NCBI GenBank assembly: GCA_051294905.1
Contig: CM119372.1
Span: forward strand, 21,330,001 to 21,394,000
DNA length: 64,000 bases
Direction of reading: 5' to 3'
DNA from: Botryllus schlosseri
Taxonomy: Eukaryota
The position numbers and the translations under genes are program-made. Below, piece after piece: positions 27,765 through 39,204 of this stretch. The notes under the pieces are model-generated. The model did no database searches. It was not told the DNA's origin and saw only the letters and a program-made list of their open reading frames with translations. Positions within the stretch are counted from its first letter, which is position 1, and every line of letters begins with the position of its first letter.

Positions 27765-28778
27765 CAGTGTTGGGATCAAGTCACTACATTCGAGTCACGA
27801 GTCAACTCGAGTCATTGCAGATTTTGACTCGAGTCAAGTCAAGTCAATCGAGTTTCAAAGGTGACTCGAGTCAAGTCAAGTCACTCGTTTTTGGAGGTGA
27901 CTCGAGTCAAGTCGAGTCAAGTCAAGTCAAGTCACGAGTCAAGTCACAATTCAAGTCAAAGTGAGTTTTTGACGTACGAGTGATGATCCAAAGTCATTAC
28001 ATTTTGCTAGCTGTGTGAAAGACAGATTAATAGATCACTTATCTTGAATCAAATAACGAATATCTAGCTAAAATACATGCAAAAAGACGCTGTATCCCTC
28101 ACGCGCACGTAGAACTGCTAATAAAATATGGGAGTTGTACAGCTACATGATAGGTCCTACACCTACAGTCAGTTATTATCATCCAAAATATAGGACCTAA
28201 TGCGAAACTTCGAGAAGTTGAAACAAATTGATATGGTACAATAGCCTACACTACCCGTCTACACATCCGTGAAAATATAAACGCACAAAGTATATTTGTT
28301 CGATTTAAATCATATAAGAGGGTTGGTAAATATGAGCACTGCGCAAGGTAAGCATTGAGCCGTCTAAGAAACAGAGGCACATTTCTATTTAGATTAATCT
28401 TCTACTACTACTTCGACAACGTAAGCTGTGATCGTTTAGTTTTCGGTCAATTCATTTGTGATGTAACAATGGAGGATCAGTGTAACATAGAATCAGTGAA
28501 TGACTGGTTACTCTCACAAGTGACACCGGCGTATCTCGAACAATCCGAACATACACAAGTGACAAGATACAGTGATTTATACGACAGTGTTTACTTGGTG
28601 ACTTGAAATTGACTCGTAAATTTTACTCCGAGTCACGAGTCAATGCCCATTTTTGAAGCTCCGAGTCAAGTCAAGTCAAGTCATTTTCCCAAAGTGACTC
28701 GAGTCAAGTCAAGTCATAAGAAAAAGTTGACTCGAGTCTGACTCGAGTCAAGTCATGACTCGAGTCATCCCAACACTG
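27765..28778 (+). mobile_element. MITE family E
   Basis: Perfect TSD GCTCGAAT; inserted in a family F element starting at 27732. Confidence 0.92.
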
Positions 28779-29355
28779 GCTCGAATGCGAATCGAGTATT
28801 GATTGTAATATTTCGAATCGAGATATGAGACGTGAATATTTCTAGTACTGGAAATTATACACCTCCGTCCCGCTGTGCGGTATGTTGTTATCCACGGGAA
28901 TTATAGTTTTGACACTTTATTCCTGTCGTCATAGCCTTGAAACCACGACTAGTCGTATTAAGTACAAATATACGGACGTTAGTGAAAATGAAATTTCTTC
29001 GAAGTAATGACCAGCCTGCAGCATTTTCACAAATATAATGAAATAGCTGCGGTCGAAAAAAATCTAAAACAAAATTATAATATCTTCAATGCGATATATA
29101 GTAGCAAGTAGCCCACTGGCATGACGTTCTGTGTGGTCTTACTTCGCACACAAGGAACATTTTAACTGGTGCCCTCCAACCGGTTGTATCGTGCACCCGA
29201 GGGCCTCGGGGTGTAATTATTAAAGGCTGTACCACTTTGATGGGGTGTAGTAGCGTGTACCAGATACCGCATTAACTGTATTTAATACCTTTAGTAATAT
29301 TTAAAGTCAGACTTATAATTGAAGTAGTTTTCGATTGCTTCGAAGAGGACAATAC

Positions 29356-29379
29356 CGTTACATTCATCTATTGATTTTA
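29356..29379 (-). CDS. Candidate 24-nt micro-exon (VKSIDECN)
   Basis: ctatttctgctgttctAG|TAAAATCAATAGATGAATGTAACG|GTATTG; phase 1-1, open frame, just downstream of TSP1 exon 2. Confidence 0.4.
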
Positions 29380-29778
29380 CTAGAACAGCAGAAATAGGAC
29401 AAACAGTCAATTAGATTCATGTGTTGTTGTTGTTTAGGCGATTTTAACTCAATGGTTTTGTTCGCCAACTTCACAATAAATGTTTTGCCTTTTAGATAAT
29501 TGTATTTAATCAGCTGTTATAGTCATTTATGCCCAATCGAAGCCATACGATAGGCTGTAGCTATCACAATATCTGATCGGTAAAGAGATTGCTGAATCTT
29601 CACCCTTTGGCGAAGATCTGCGACGGCGACCTTTAACTACTCGGAACAACGTAAACTGACCAGTGGGAGATGGTCGCTATCTCTTAAACACTGAAGTCTG
29701 GATCTGGATTCTGGATTCTGTCTGGATACGTGTGACTATTCAGGAACATTAACGAGACAACCGAAAGGATAGTTTTAC

Positions 29779-29895
29779 CTTTAGTGCAATTCCCCTGCTC
29801 GATTTTCAATCCAGTAGGACATAGTCGATTGCGATATCTGACATTCTGCATGGAACATTCCGTCCAATTTCCCCAACTGACAGTACAAGCGGCAT
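29779..29895 (-). CDS. Internal exon, TSP1-like module 2 (paralog of 39088-39204)
   Basis: cttccaacatcAG|...|GTAAAA; 117 nt, phase 1-1; (D)AACTVSWGNWTECSMQNVRYRNRLCPTGLKIEQGNCTK; same length and Cys/Trp/Arg spacing as module 1. Confidence 0.85.
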
Positions 29896-31468
29896 CTGAT
29901 GTTGGAAGTTATATCATTACGTATGCTAGTTAATAACTACCACAATGAAGATTGTAAGATCACACTATGGTATAATACTGATAATAATCCCACAAGCGAA
30001 AGAAATGACATCCAATCAATTTGTTTCTGGTAATTAGGACCGCATGGGCATAAGGACGAATGACAGTGGCGGCTCGTCCTATAGGGCAACTGGGGCATTG
30101 CCCCACCTAAAATTCTGTTCAATAACAATTTAACCATTTATAGACGCACAGCGCTCAATATATATCGAGATCACAGCGAAACCCGCGTTCTTCTTGTGCT
30201 TTCGCTTGCAAATGCCCATACATAGCGAAGTCTCCGCGAAAATCGAATTCTCTTCTGTGTTTTCGCTTTGTGAATGCCTAGCCGGGGCTTGCCCCGGTAG
30301 CGCTCATAACAAGCTTTCACTATCTATTCTCTCAAAGCTGCGCACAATTAAGAAACGTTGCTTTACTCTCTCCTATTCGTAAAATGGCCGAACAACCGGG
30401 GCAAATATGCTTGCTCGCCCCTAAGGTGTGATGTAACAATCGTATCTATATCTGAACTCGGATACCGTGATATGCGTTGAGTCGACCGTTGCTGGTACAG
30501 GTCGATTTTGATGGTGTTTCACACCATGATAATTCTTGAAACTTGGTATGTCATGTCGTGATGGTGGTATTTAACACTGTCCTAAGTTTCAGGGTTTCTA
30601 CTCAAAGTTTAGGGTAGTAATTCCGTTTCCAAAGTCGAGTGTGTGCTGATCGGTCATGTATCGCAAACATATTTCACGCAAAGCCGGTATTGGTCTCCAT
30701 TGATTTTAACGATGCTCCTTAGCTAGATCCGTCATGAACTTTTACATGGTATGTCTTGATTTTAGTATCGAACGCTGTGCCAAGTCTCAAGGTTGACACT
30801 CAATGATTAGGGCAGCAATTTCGTTATTAAGTTCGAGTATGGTATAGATGTGCGCTGATCTGACACTTAGCCTACCTAACGCATTGCGGATTTCACGCAA
30901 AAGCCGGTGTATCTGTGTTCCATACTGAGATAGGTGATGAGATGATGATATCATGAAACAGTTTACTAACATCCTCGGTTTGCATTCAAATATTTAGTTT
31001 TATTTTATATTCTCCAATGTCAATTTCACCGTGGAATGGTGGCCTTCGGGCCATTTGCTCACAATTACAACCCCTGTCAAGCGCGATAGCTGTTTCGTTT
31101 TCGATGGCGGCTAACAGCTGATCGCTTGATCAGCCGATTCCTCAGTAAATATTACGCAAAATTCGGCGTTGATCTGTTCGTATTAATTTTGACAGTGTAC
31201 CATACCGAAAACGGTCATGAGGCTATACTTCTCGATGATTTCATGTAACAGTGTACCAAGTTTTCGGCTTTCATCCACGTATTTATTCGGTAATATATTT
31301 TCCGAAGGCGATTTTGCAGCAGACATATAGACACTATAGACCGTAAGCCGTATGTGTCGTGTGACAGTCTCCAGCCTCAAGGCCAGAATCTCCCAAGCTG
31401 TACCGGGACCGAATTTCCGAGGCTGCTATCCGTAGTTCTTCAGAATGATGTTTTGGATTCAATATGAC

Positions 31469-32349
31469 TAGGGCGGTTTTTTTTTTACCTAAAAAAAAGA
31501 AAATTTTGACCTAAAAAATCTAAATTTTGACTTTTTTTGACCTAAAAAAACTGAATTTTGACCAAATTTTGACCTAACGTATGCAAATTAGGTGTTTTCC
31601 CACATAATGTTAAAATTGTACCACTTATCTTCATTTCTGGTTGGAGCTGACTGTCCTAACGAAGTAGTTTGGCCTGAAAAAACGTTTTTGGCTTAGAAAC
31701 AGGCAATTTTTTACATGAAAAAAACAATATTTTAACGAAATCTGGCCCCATGAAGAATTCCAGTGGTTACAATATGTATAATGGCAGAAATAACTAAAAT
31801 ATTTTGTAGTACAACGAGAGATACTTTCCTACATTCTTGGGTAGAAAGTGCACGTAGGCTACTTAAGAAGCTTGCCAAGGACGTTCAACAGCAGGCGTTG
31901 TTGGCTGACAACACTCAAGTTGTGCGTACACTGCTGGTGCTGGTGACACACCGTGTTGCTTCATTCTGACAATGTTGTCTACATCACAATTTTTCATCAT
32001 GCGCTTCTTAATGTAAGAATGATGCAATGCGCAAGAAGTCTTTCTTCATTTAGGATATTGCGGTACGTTGACCATAACACCATGTCTACCTATTATTTTT
32101 TTTATTTGACCCTTTATGATTCACAATGAGCAGACGATTAGCCGTTTACAACGCTAGGCCTATAAAATAGGCTAAAAGCGGTAAAATATCAAATTATAAG
32201 TTCACCGACAGTGCAAAATCTACAATACCAACAAAATGCAGACGTCAAAATTTTTTTGACTTCATGAAAAATTTTGACAAATTTTGACCGAACGCTACAA
32301 TTTTGACAAAATTTTGACAAATTTTGACATGTCAAAAAAAAACGCCCTA
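31469..32349 (+). mobile_element. MITE family B nested inside the hAT element
   Basis: Perfect TSD AATATGAC; TIR TAGGGCG. Confidence 0.92.
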
Positions 32350-32492
32350 AATATGACATTTCCTTGTCCAATCTATGAGATAACAATTGCGTATGTGTCC
32401 GAACTCGTTGACCTTTCCAGTTAGGCATACGCAATCTCTCGATTTATAGTCATTTCCATTTCTGCAGATAAGTAGTCAGGTCAAGTGCGAAC

Positions 32493-34587
32493 ATGAATCG
32501 TGTTGAATCTTTGCTCCGTACGCCGTTTAGCCAGCTGCCTTTAGAGCAAAAATTAGAGGTAAAGCGACTAGGTCCGTATCAGCCTAGAAATTGCCCATTG
32601 ATCCAATCGTACGCCGGAGGAAAGCGCACTCGTGCCTTTTCTTCAGCGCATTTCGATAAAAATGAATGGCTTACTTATGGCGAGGATAAAAACGCCTTGT
32701 TTTGCTTTTACTGTCTTTTATTCGACAGTGCCGGTACCGGAAGCAGTGGCTCTTGTTGGAACAAAATTGGTTATCGCGATCTGAAGCATTTGTCAGAGCG
32801 TCTGAAAACGCACCAAAAATCCCAAGTGCACATGGCTAGTGCAGTTAAATATAAATTGTTTGGCAGAGTAAATGTAATGTCGCAGCTCAATGAAAGTTAT
32901 CGCGTATCAGTCTGCAAGCACAATGAGCTTGTAGATAAGAATAGGCATGTTCTCTCTCGGGTGATTGATGCCATTAAATTTATTGGAGTTCATGAATTGC
33001 CCCTTCGAGGCCACGATGAGAAGGAATGCTCTCTCAATAGGGGGGTATTTTTGGATCTAATTAAATACACGGCTTCCATTGATAGCATTTTGCGCGAACA
33101 TCTCGACACCGCGACAGTAGCTAAGGGTACCTCAAAGACTATTCAAAATGATGTGCTTGATTCGACGTATCACATCTATCTGCAGCATTTGTTTACCGAG
33201 ATTGTTGACGCTGAATTTCTATCTATTCAGTCTGACGAAACAACTGACATTACGTGTTTGTCACAACTAGTCGTGATTTTTCGGTTCACGAAATTTGGTA
33301 TGCCAGTCGAACGATTCCACAGCTTTGTGGCTGTTGACGATCGCACTGCTGTCGGAATTTCTTACGTATTAAAAAAAAACATTACAGCCCTATTCGGTTG
33401 AGTCGAAACTTATTGCGCAAACCTACGACGGCGCAGCAGTCATGAGCGGATCGCGACATAGCGTACAAGTTTTAATGAAAGAAGTTTACCCGCATGCGCA
33501 TTTTTTGCATTGCTACGCGCATCAGCTCAATCTTGTAGTGAAAAAAATGTGCTTAGGAATATCTTCTGTCAAGATATTCTTTGCAAATCTTTCAGGGTTC
33601 TCCTCCTTTTTCTCTGTTTCGCCAAAGCGATCTGATCTATTGCGCGACATATGCAAGCACCGGTTACCTAGATGCGTATCAACACGGTGGAACTTCCAAT
33701 CCAGAGTTGTGCAACGAGTGTCAGAGAGTAGGGTGGAGCTTCTGGAATGCTTCTCAGTGATTGAGAGCTCTCCTGTCTGGGATGATACTTCCATACGTGA
33801 AGCGGCGGGGCTTAAACGACTCCTGGAAGACGAAGAATTTTTGTTCTTTTTGAAGCTTTTTTGTGACATCTTCATGCACGTCGATACACTGTACAGCACT
33901 TTTCAGTCGCGTATGGCCGATGGTACTACTGCGCAATTGTGTATTGCACATTTTTGTGAGGCAATTTCGCATATCCGGGCGAATGTACACTTCGCTGGTG
34001 ACACAGCGCTTTTACGTCGTGGGATAAGTGTGCAAAACCTGCTTGTTGCGGCTTACGAATGTTGCGATATACTGATGTCCCAAATCCAACATCGTCTGAA
34101 TAGTGACCAGTTGGTTACTTTCGCCCTGTTAAATCCGAGAAATTTCCCTGCCTACAAAATTCATTTTCCTTCTGGACTACTGCGCAGCGTGCCTCGTTAT
34201 TACCCGATGATCGACATTGCTCGGTTGGAGAGCGAGTTGACTTGTTTGTATTCTAACACATCCTTTTCGGAAATTAAAACCACTAGTGAACTTTCAAAAT
34301 TCCTAGTTGAAAATTCGCTTTCGATCAACTTTGCTACAGTAACTAGCTTTCTGAATATCATTTCGACCACCCCGATTTCATCCGCGGAATCCGAGCGCAG
34401 TTTCAGCACATTGAAATGTATCAAGACCTTTCTCAGAAACAGGATGGGCCAAGATAGGCTTAATGCGTTGGCTGTTCTCTCGATTCACAACGACGTGGTT
34501 CTGGGAATTCCAGATTTCAATAAACTCGTTATTGAACATTTTGCTAATAAGAAATCACGTCGCGCACAATACTTATACAAGACATAA
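32493..34587 (+). pseudogene. hAT transposase (ZMYM1-like: TTF zinc finger, DUF4371-type region, DDE core, hAT dimerisation domain), split by one frameshift
   Basis: ORFs 32493-33401 and 33442-34587 join if one A is removed from A9 at 33371-33379, giving LKKTLQPYSVESKLIAQTYDGAAVMSG (~697 aa). Motifs: WL...LFCFYC, LRGHDE, DETTD, YDGA, CYAH, TRW, ESERSFS, LRNRMGQDRLNALAVL. Confidence 0.9.
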
Positions 34588-34937
34588 ATTAATGCTGGTG
34601 GGCGGACGACTGTACACATCATGTTCTTTCCGAATAATTTCAATCAAGTGAGCCCAGGTAACTCAACCATGTCTATGGCTAAGGAAAAGTGAGTGGTTTT
34701 CATCCTTATTACTCGAGGCACACTGACAGTTAATTTACCGATATATTTTGTTATGGCTATGGAAAAAAAGTGAAAAATTCATCAAGATGAAATAATTTAT
34801 TCATGAAATTGTTTAATGCGATATGTGCTCGCATTTCAATTTAACACAATGCTTTGATTCCTGCTTGAATGATGGCAGGCAGACTCGTAATTAATCTTCC
34901 ATGGATAACAGCTGGCTTTTTATAATGTTTTACGTTT

Positions 34938-35273
34938 ATGGGTGCCACCGCTTTGATTGCCTATCCCCTGGTCGTAACGCATCAGGATCGTGTACCAAAC
35001 ACTTTCGGACGAGGGCAAATGGATTTGACTCGCTTTCGGGACGAGAATCCATATACAAATCGGGTCACAGGCGCTGCAGCACTTTACAGAATTGCTGAGC
35101 ATGGAACGATTAAAACACCACAAGGTGTCATGCGAATGCTCTTTGTAGGTAGTTGGTCTGTGTATTTTTGGTATAGTCTTACTCGGCGCATGCGTAATCT
35201 CTACCACGAAATCATAACGCATGCTACTAAGGATAACCTGATGATTGATTCGTGGCATGGGAACGATTCTTAG
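34938..35273 (+). CDS. Unassigned 111-aa ORF inside the 3' part of the hAT element
   Basis: ATG-initiated ORF followed by two AATAAA hexamers (~35304, ~35318); no recognisable domain. Confidence 0.25.
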   Translation: MGATALIAYPLVVTHQDRVPNTFGRGQMDLTRFRDENPYTNRVTGAAALYRIAEHGTIKTPQGVMRMLFVGSWSVYFWYSLTRRMRNLYHEIITHATKDNLMIDSWHGNDS

Positions 35274-35588
35274 TTCGCGTACATTTTGTAAAATAATCAT
35301 TTGAATAAAAAACAATGAATAAAACATTTGTTACCGCACTTCAAGTCACGCCACCGGCAAACCTCTCGCGGCACCTACGTTAAAAATCATTGTTTACGGG
35401 AAATTCATGTGGCCATCATGAACGTTGAAAAACGCTACTGTGACGTCATATTGATAACAAGTCGCTTGCGGCCCTTGCCCCACCACCCGATATTGTCACG
35501 AGCCGCCACTGACGAATGATATACGATTTTGTGGTGATGGAAGTATTGTGATGTAATATCAAAGACGCAAAAACTATGTGGTATAGGC

Positions 35589-37365
35589 TAGGGCTCTTCA
35601 ACCGGGGTTATCGTACCCCCTAGCTAGGGTTTACCGAAATGTTAAAAGGGTGTACCACTCAGATGGGGTGTACTGGGGTGTACCATATACGCATTAAAAC
35701 GGACCAATGACCATAGCCATCACAGTTTCTGTATCAGAACATGTAGACCGAGTACGCAATATCGTACAATGTTCAAATCAACTGTACGCAACTTGTAAGT
35801 TACATCCTTTTGCGATGTCAGTAAGCAAATGCTTCTTCTCATCGTTTAAACGTTGGTAATGGACTTATTGATAATTTGTGAAGTAGAACACGATGGAGTT
35901 GACATGTGTTCAGCTTGCGATATCTGTCTATAATGATTCTTGAGGAATCCGTCACGAGATTTCAGAAATTTTGAATTGGTTCTTCCTGCGATATGCTTAT
36001 GAATAGCACAGTGTACATAATTGCAGGGCTCCGTGGACATATGAGCAATGGGCATGCGAGATTATAGCATGCGACACTTGGGCATGCGACAATTGGGCAT
36101 GCGACAATTGGACATGTGACACATGAGCGTGTGGGCTAAATTACGGGTTAGGGGTGGGTTAGGGTTGAGTTTAGGCTTGGGTAAGGGTAAGTCTAGGAGT
36201 TAGGGTATATATAACATCTAATTTCGGGGTTATGTTTCGGGTTAGGGTTAGTTTTAGGGTTATAAGGTCACATGCTCAAATGACGCATGCTAAAGTGTTC
36301 AATGCTCAACTATCGTTTTCCATTGTGTCGCATGGTCATATGTCGGGTAACTAATTGCAGGGGCGCAGCCAGGGGTCTCGGCTGAGGGGGTCGATTTCGA
36401 GAACCACTGTGTTCGATTATGGTCCGATAACATCGAGCCCTGATTATTATTCAGCATTCTCAACATTTTGCAGCCTTGTTCATCCTTATTTCAACAGGCT
36501 AAATGTGGCCAACCTGCCGACGAAAGGTCGCCTGCAGCCATTTCACAATAATTTTGCGGTCCTCTACACGTTATTAAATTTATATGTGTTGGCGGCCGTT
36601 AACGTACAATTTGAATTATCGAATTGGTTTCTAAATATTTGAGAGATTTTAATTAAAGTTTAAATCTTATTCATGCTTTGCGGGATTCAGGATAACTTGG
36701 ATATTTGGTTTTAATTATAATAGTGTAATCTTTGCCTCCCTGTACAATCGCCAATCGCAGAGGCATACGCGAATTGCAGAGGAAAATGATGCACCCCATA
36801 CGGAAACACCAAGTCGGAATCGTGCGCGTCTCGCGCATGAAGGTTTTTCTGGTAGGCCTACGTTTTGGCGATGCCAATATATATTTTCACTATGCCTACA
36901 ACCCTGATGGGACGTCGAAAATGACAACATGCAACAATTTTAATGATAAAACCGGGAAATGCATCATCATTAATTGTGTGTCCAAAATTTTCGAAGACAC
37001 CTCCTGCATCAGCAGCTCTACAGGTTGTTCTGATCACGTGGGCTATGGATCAATATTTTAAAGTAATATATGAAACAAACAATAGTATCGCCGAAATTCA
37101 TTTTCCAGGCTGAAAATTTTTTCAGAGGAATCCAGTTTACATTTTCCAATTTAACTTGAGTATATGACGTAGAGATGGGTCATGGCGATTTCCCGTCGGA
37201 ATGCCATATATCTAATCGAAATACGACCATGAATACGACCAAAAGGTTGATCGCCCCCGTGCTATAGGCTTACTACGAAATCAACGTATTATATGATCAG
37301 GGGTGTACGAATTTCGAGTAAACGTTAAAAGGGTGTACCATGACGATAAAGGTTGAAGAGCACTG
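35589..37365 (+). mobile_element. Buster-type hAT MITE containing the telomere-like element
   Basis: TIR-like TAGGGCTCTTCAACC / GGTTGAAGAGCACTG; perfect TSD GTATAGGC. Confidence 0.8.
36030..36348. repeat. Foldback element: inverted arrays of 15-bp units around a degenerate (TTAGGG)n core
   Basis: Left units GGCATGCGACAATTG; decayed inverted units on the right; core GGGTTAGGG-like at 36145-36262. Confidence 0.75.
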
Positions 37366-38077
37366 GTATAGGCTACCTGTCGCAGTGGTACAGATGATAT
37401 TCCTGATAGTTTCAAACTCATCAGTTTATTAGTGATCGATCAATTTTGATAGTTCGGTATAGCCATCACTGCCATTATAAATTTTGGGGTTGATACAATA
37501 GCCTGAAAGCCAATCAATTGTCATCGGATGGGTGGATATATAATAATAGGATTTCTTTTTCAGACGGAACCGGATTGGAGCCGGATTCATATGTCGTTTC
37601 TGATACAACCGGAGCTAGGGAATTTTTTGATTTGGCCCGTACTCGTTGTGACCTCCATTTAACTCAGGGGTTGTTGTTGATATGTGTGGTAATCATGGTG
37701 TTTAACGACTACAATGGTCATTTACAGCAGGAAGATTTTCTTTTCTATTATTCATTCCGAATCTGCCGACTTATAGCACGGCCTACTAACTCAAGGGCAG
37801 GGGACACCAGATCAAAACGGGTCGCGGGCCACTTTTCAAATTTCATCGGTACAAAATTTGGCACATAGTTCAGCAACTTAACCACGTTACGTCTATGTTC
37901 TCTAACTTGGGCGAAGGGAATAGTTACCACAAAAGAAGTATTTTATTAATAAATACAAAACAGTAAAATATCATGACACCAATTTCCTTTCATTTTGAAC
38001 TATGAGTAAGCGCATGATACCTGACAACGCTTTTCAGCCACTGAGTGTTATGAATACGAAACAATATTCGTGAGCAG

Positions 38078-38608
38078 CAGGGTTCTAATGACTCGAGTCA
38101 CGATTTTCTGAGGACTCGACTGACTCGAGTCATTTTCTCAAAATACGGAAATGACGCGAGTCATTGCGCATGACTCGAACCAAGTCATTTGACACGAGAC
38201 TCAGACTGCCAAGACCGACATTTCCTTGTAATTTCGAAGAAAGGTCAAGTAACCACCCCATAGGGACTTCGTCTATTGGTACTAGTACTTCAAAAATGCG
38301 ACTAGAAACTATTAAAAGTGAAGAAATTTAGTAAATCATAAATGCAAACCATTTGATATCACCAAACAGAGTTATAACAGTGGGCTTAACAAGACTTTAA
38401 CTGGAAAGTGAGCACTGAGCAGTCAACGCAGTGACTTGGACTCGGACTCGAGTCATTATCCCATGACTCGGACTCGAACCTCTGCTCGATGACTCGGACT
38501 CGGACTTGACTCAGTGGCGAATTAAAAAATACTCGACTTGACTCGAGTCAAAACTATAAAATGAGATTGACTCGTGACTCGAAGCCTTGTGACTTGGTTA
38601 CAGCCCTG
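38078..38608. mobile_element. GACTCGAGTC-rich MITE with different termini (CAGGGTTCTAA / CAGGGCTGTAA)
   Basis: Imperfect TIRs; flanked by 5-bp AGCAG direct repeat. Confidence 0.7.
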
Positions 38609-38836
38609 AGCAGTTTATTACTTCGGCTTAATTGAACTAATACCTTGACTAAGATACTGGCAATACCAACATTTAACCCAACAGCAACATAAATTAAGAA
38701 CGGTTCAAGTACGCGAAACAGGTAAACCGTCTGCCCTCATTATGGTCCGCGCCAGTCCATTACGACGAATGATCATTAACACAGAAAGGTAATCCCAGCA
38801 GAACTGTAGTCGGTGCCAATTTAACAACAAACATAC

Positions 38837-38860
38837 AACACTAAGGAATCGATATTGGGT
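38837..38860 (-). other. Candidate 24-nt micro-exon with in-frame TAG (DPISIP*C)
   Basis: gtcttgctAG|ACCCAATATCGATTCCTTAGTGTT|GTATGT; same length as the 29356 candidate and in an analogous position after TSP1 exon 1. Confidence 0.3.
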
Positions 38861-39087
38861 CTAGCAAGACGCGGTACTAGCTGACAGACTATCTCCTCCT
38901 AAATTCCCCCCCCCCCCCGGACGCTGTTTGAGCCTTGGAATTCCGGACATGTATCGGAACCCGCTACGTCTCTCAGCCTAACTTTCACTGAAAAATGATC
39001 ATTGGTCAATAACTGTATAGTTTATGATATTATCACTTATTTGCGAACGTAGTTAAATGGTCACTGGTCACTGAGCACTTCCCTTAC

Positions 39088-39204
39088 CAAATGAACAATA
39101 TCCTTGTCCGGTCTCCAACCCGTTTTGGCATTGACGATTACGATATCTAACGTCGTTCGTGGTACATTCCGTCCAACTTCCCCATGTCACGTTGCAAGCG
39201 GTAT
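39088..39204 (-). CDS. Internal exon, thrombospondin type-1 (TSP1)-like module 1
   Basis: ttctatcgtcAG|...|GTAAGG; 117 nt, phase 1-1; (D)TACNVTWGSWTECTTNDVRYRNRQCQNGLETGQGYCSF with WxxWxxC and RxRxRxC motifs. Confidence 0.85.

Larger units (their letters stand above)
30064..35511 (+). mobile_element. Near-intact autonomous-type hAT DNA transposon
   Basis: Perfect 14-bp TIR CAGTGGCGGCTCGT (30064-30077 / 35498-35511); perfect 8-bp TSD ACGAATGA (30056-30063 / 35512-35519); internal transposase. Confidence 0.95.

Noticed and set aside
33371..33380. Programmed -1 ribosomal frameshift at A_AAA_AAC
   Set aside because: The downstream transposase frame is +1, not -1.
37518..37868. 116-aa ORF starting SSDGWIY, superficially like the lectin exon
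   Set aside because: Opposite strand, lacks CTL cysteines and runs through SINE and MITE fragments.
21680..38860. TAA/TAG reassignment to explain stops in candidate exons
   Set aside because: Both the transposase and the lectin domain end at TAA exactly where their domains finish, consistent with the standard code.
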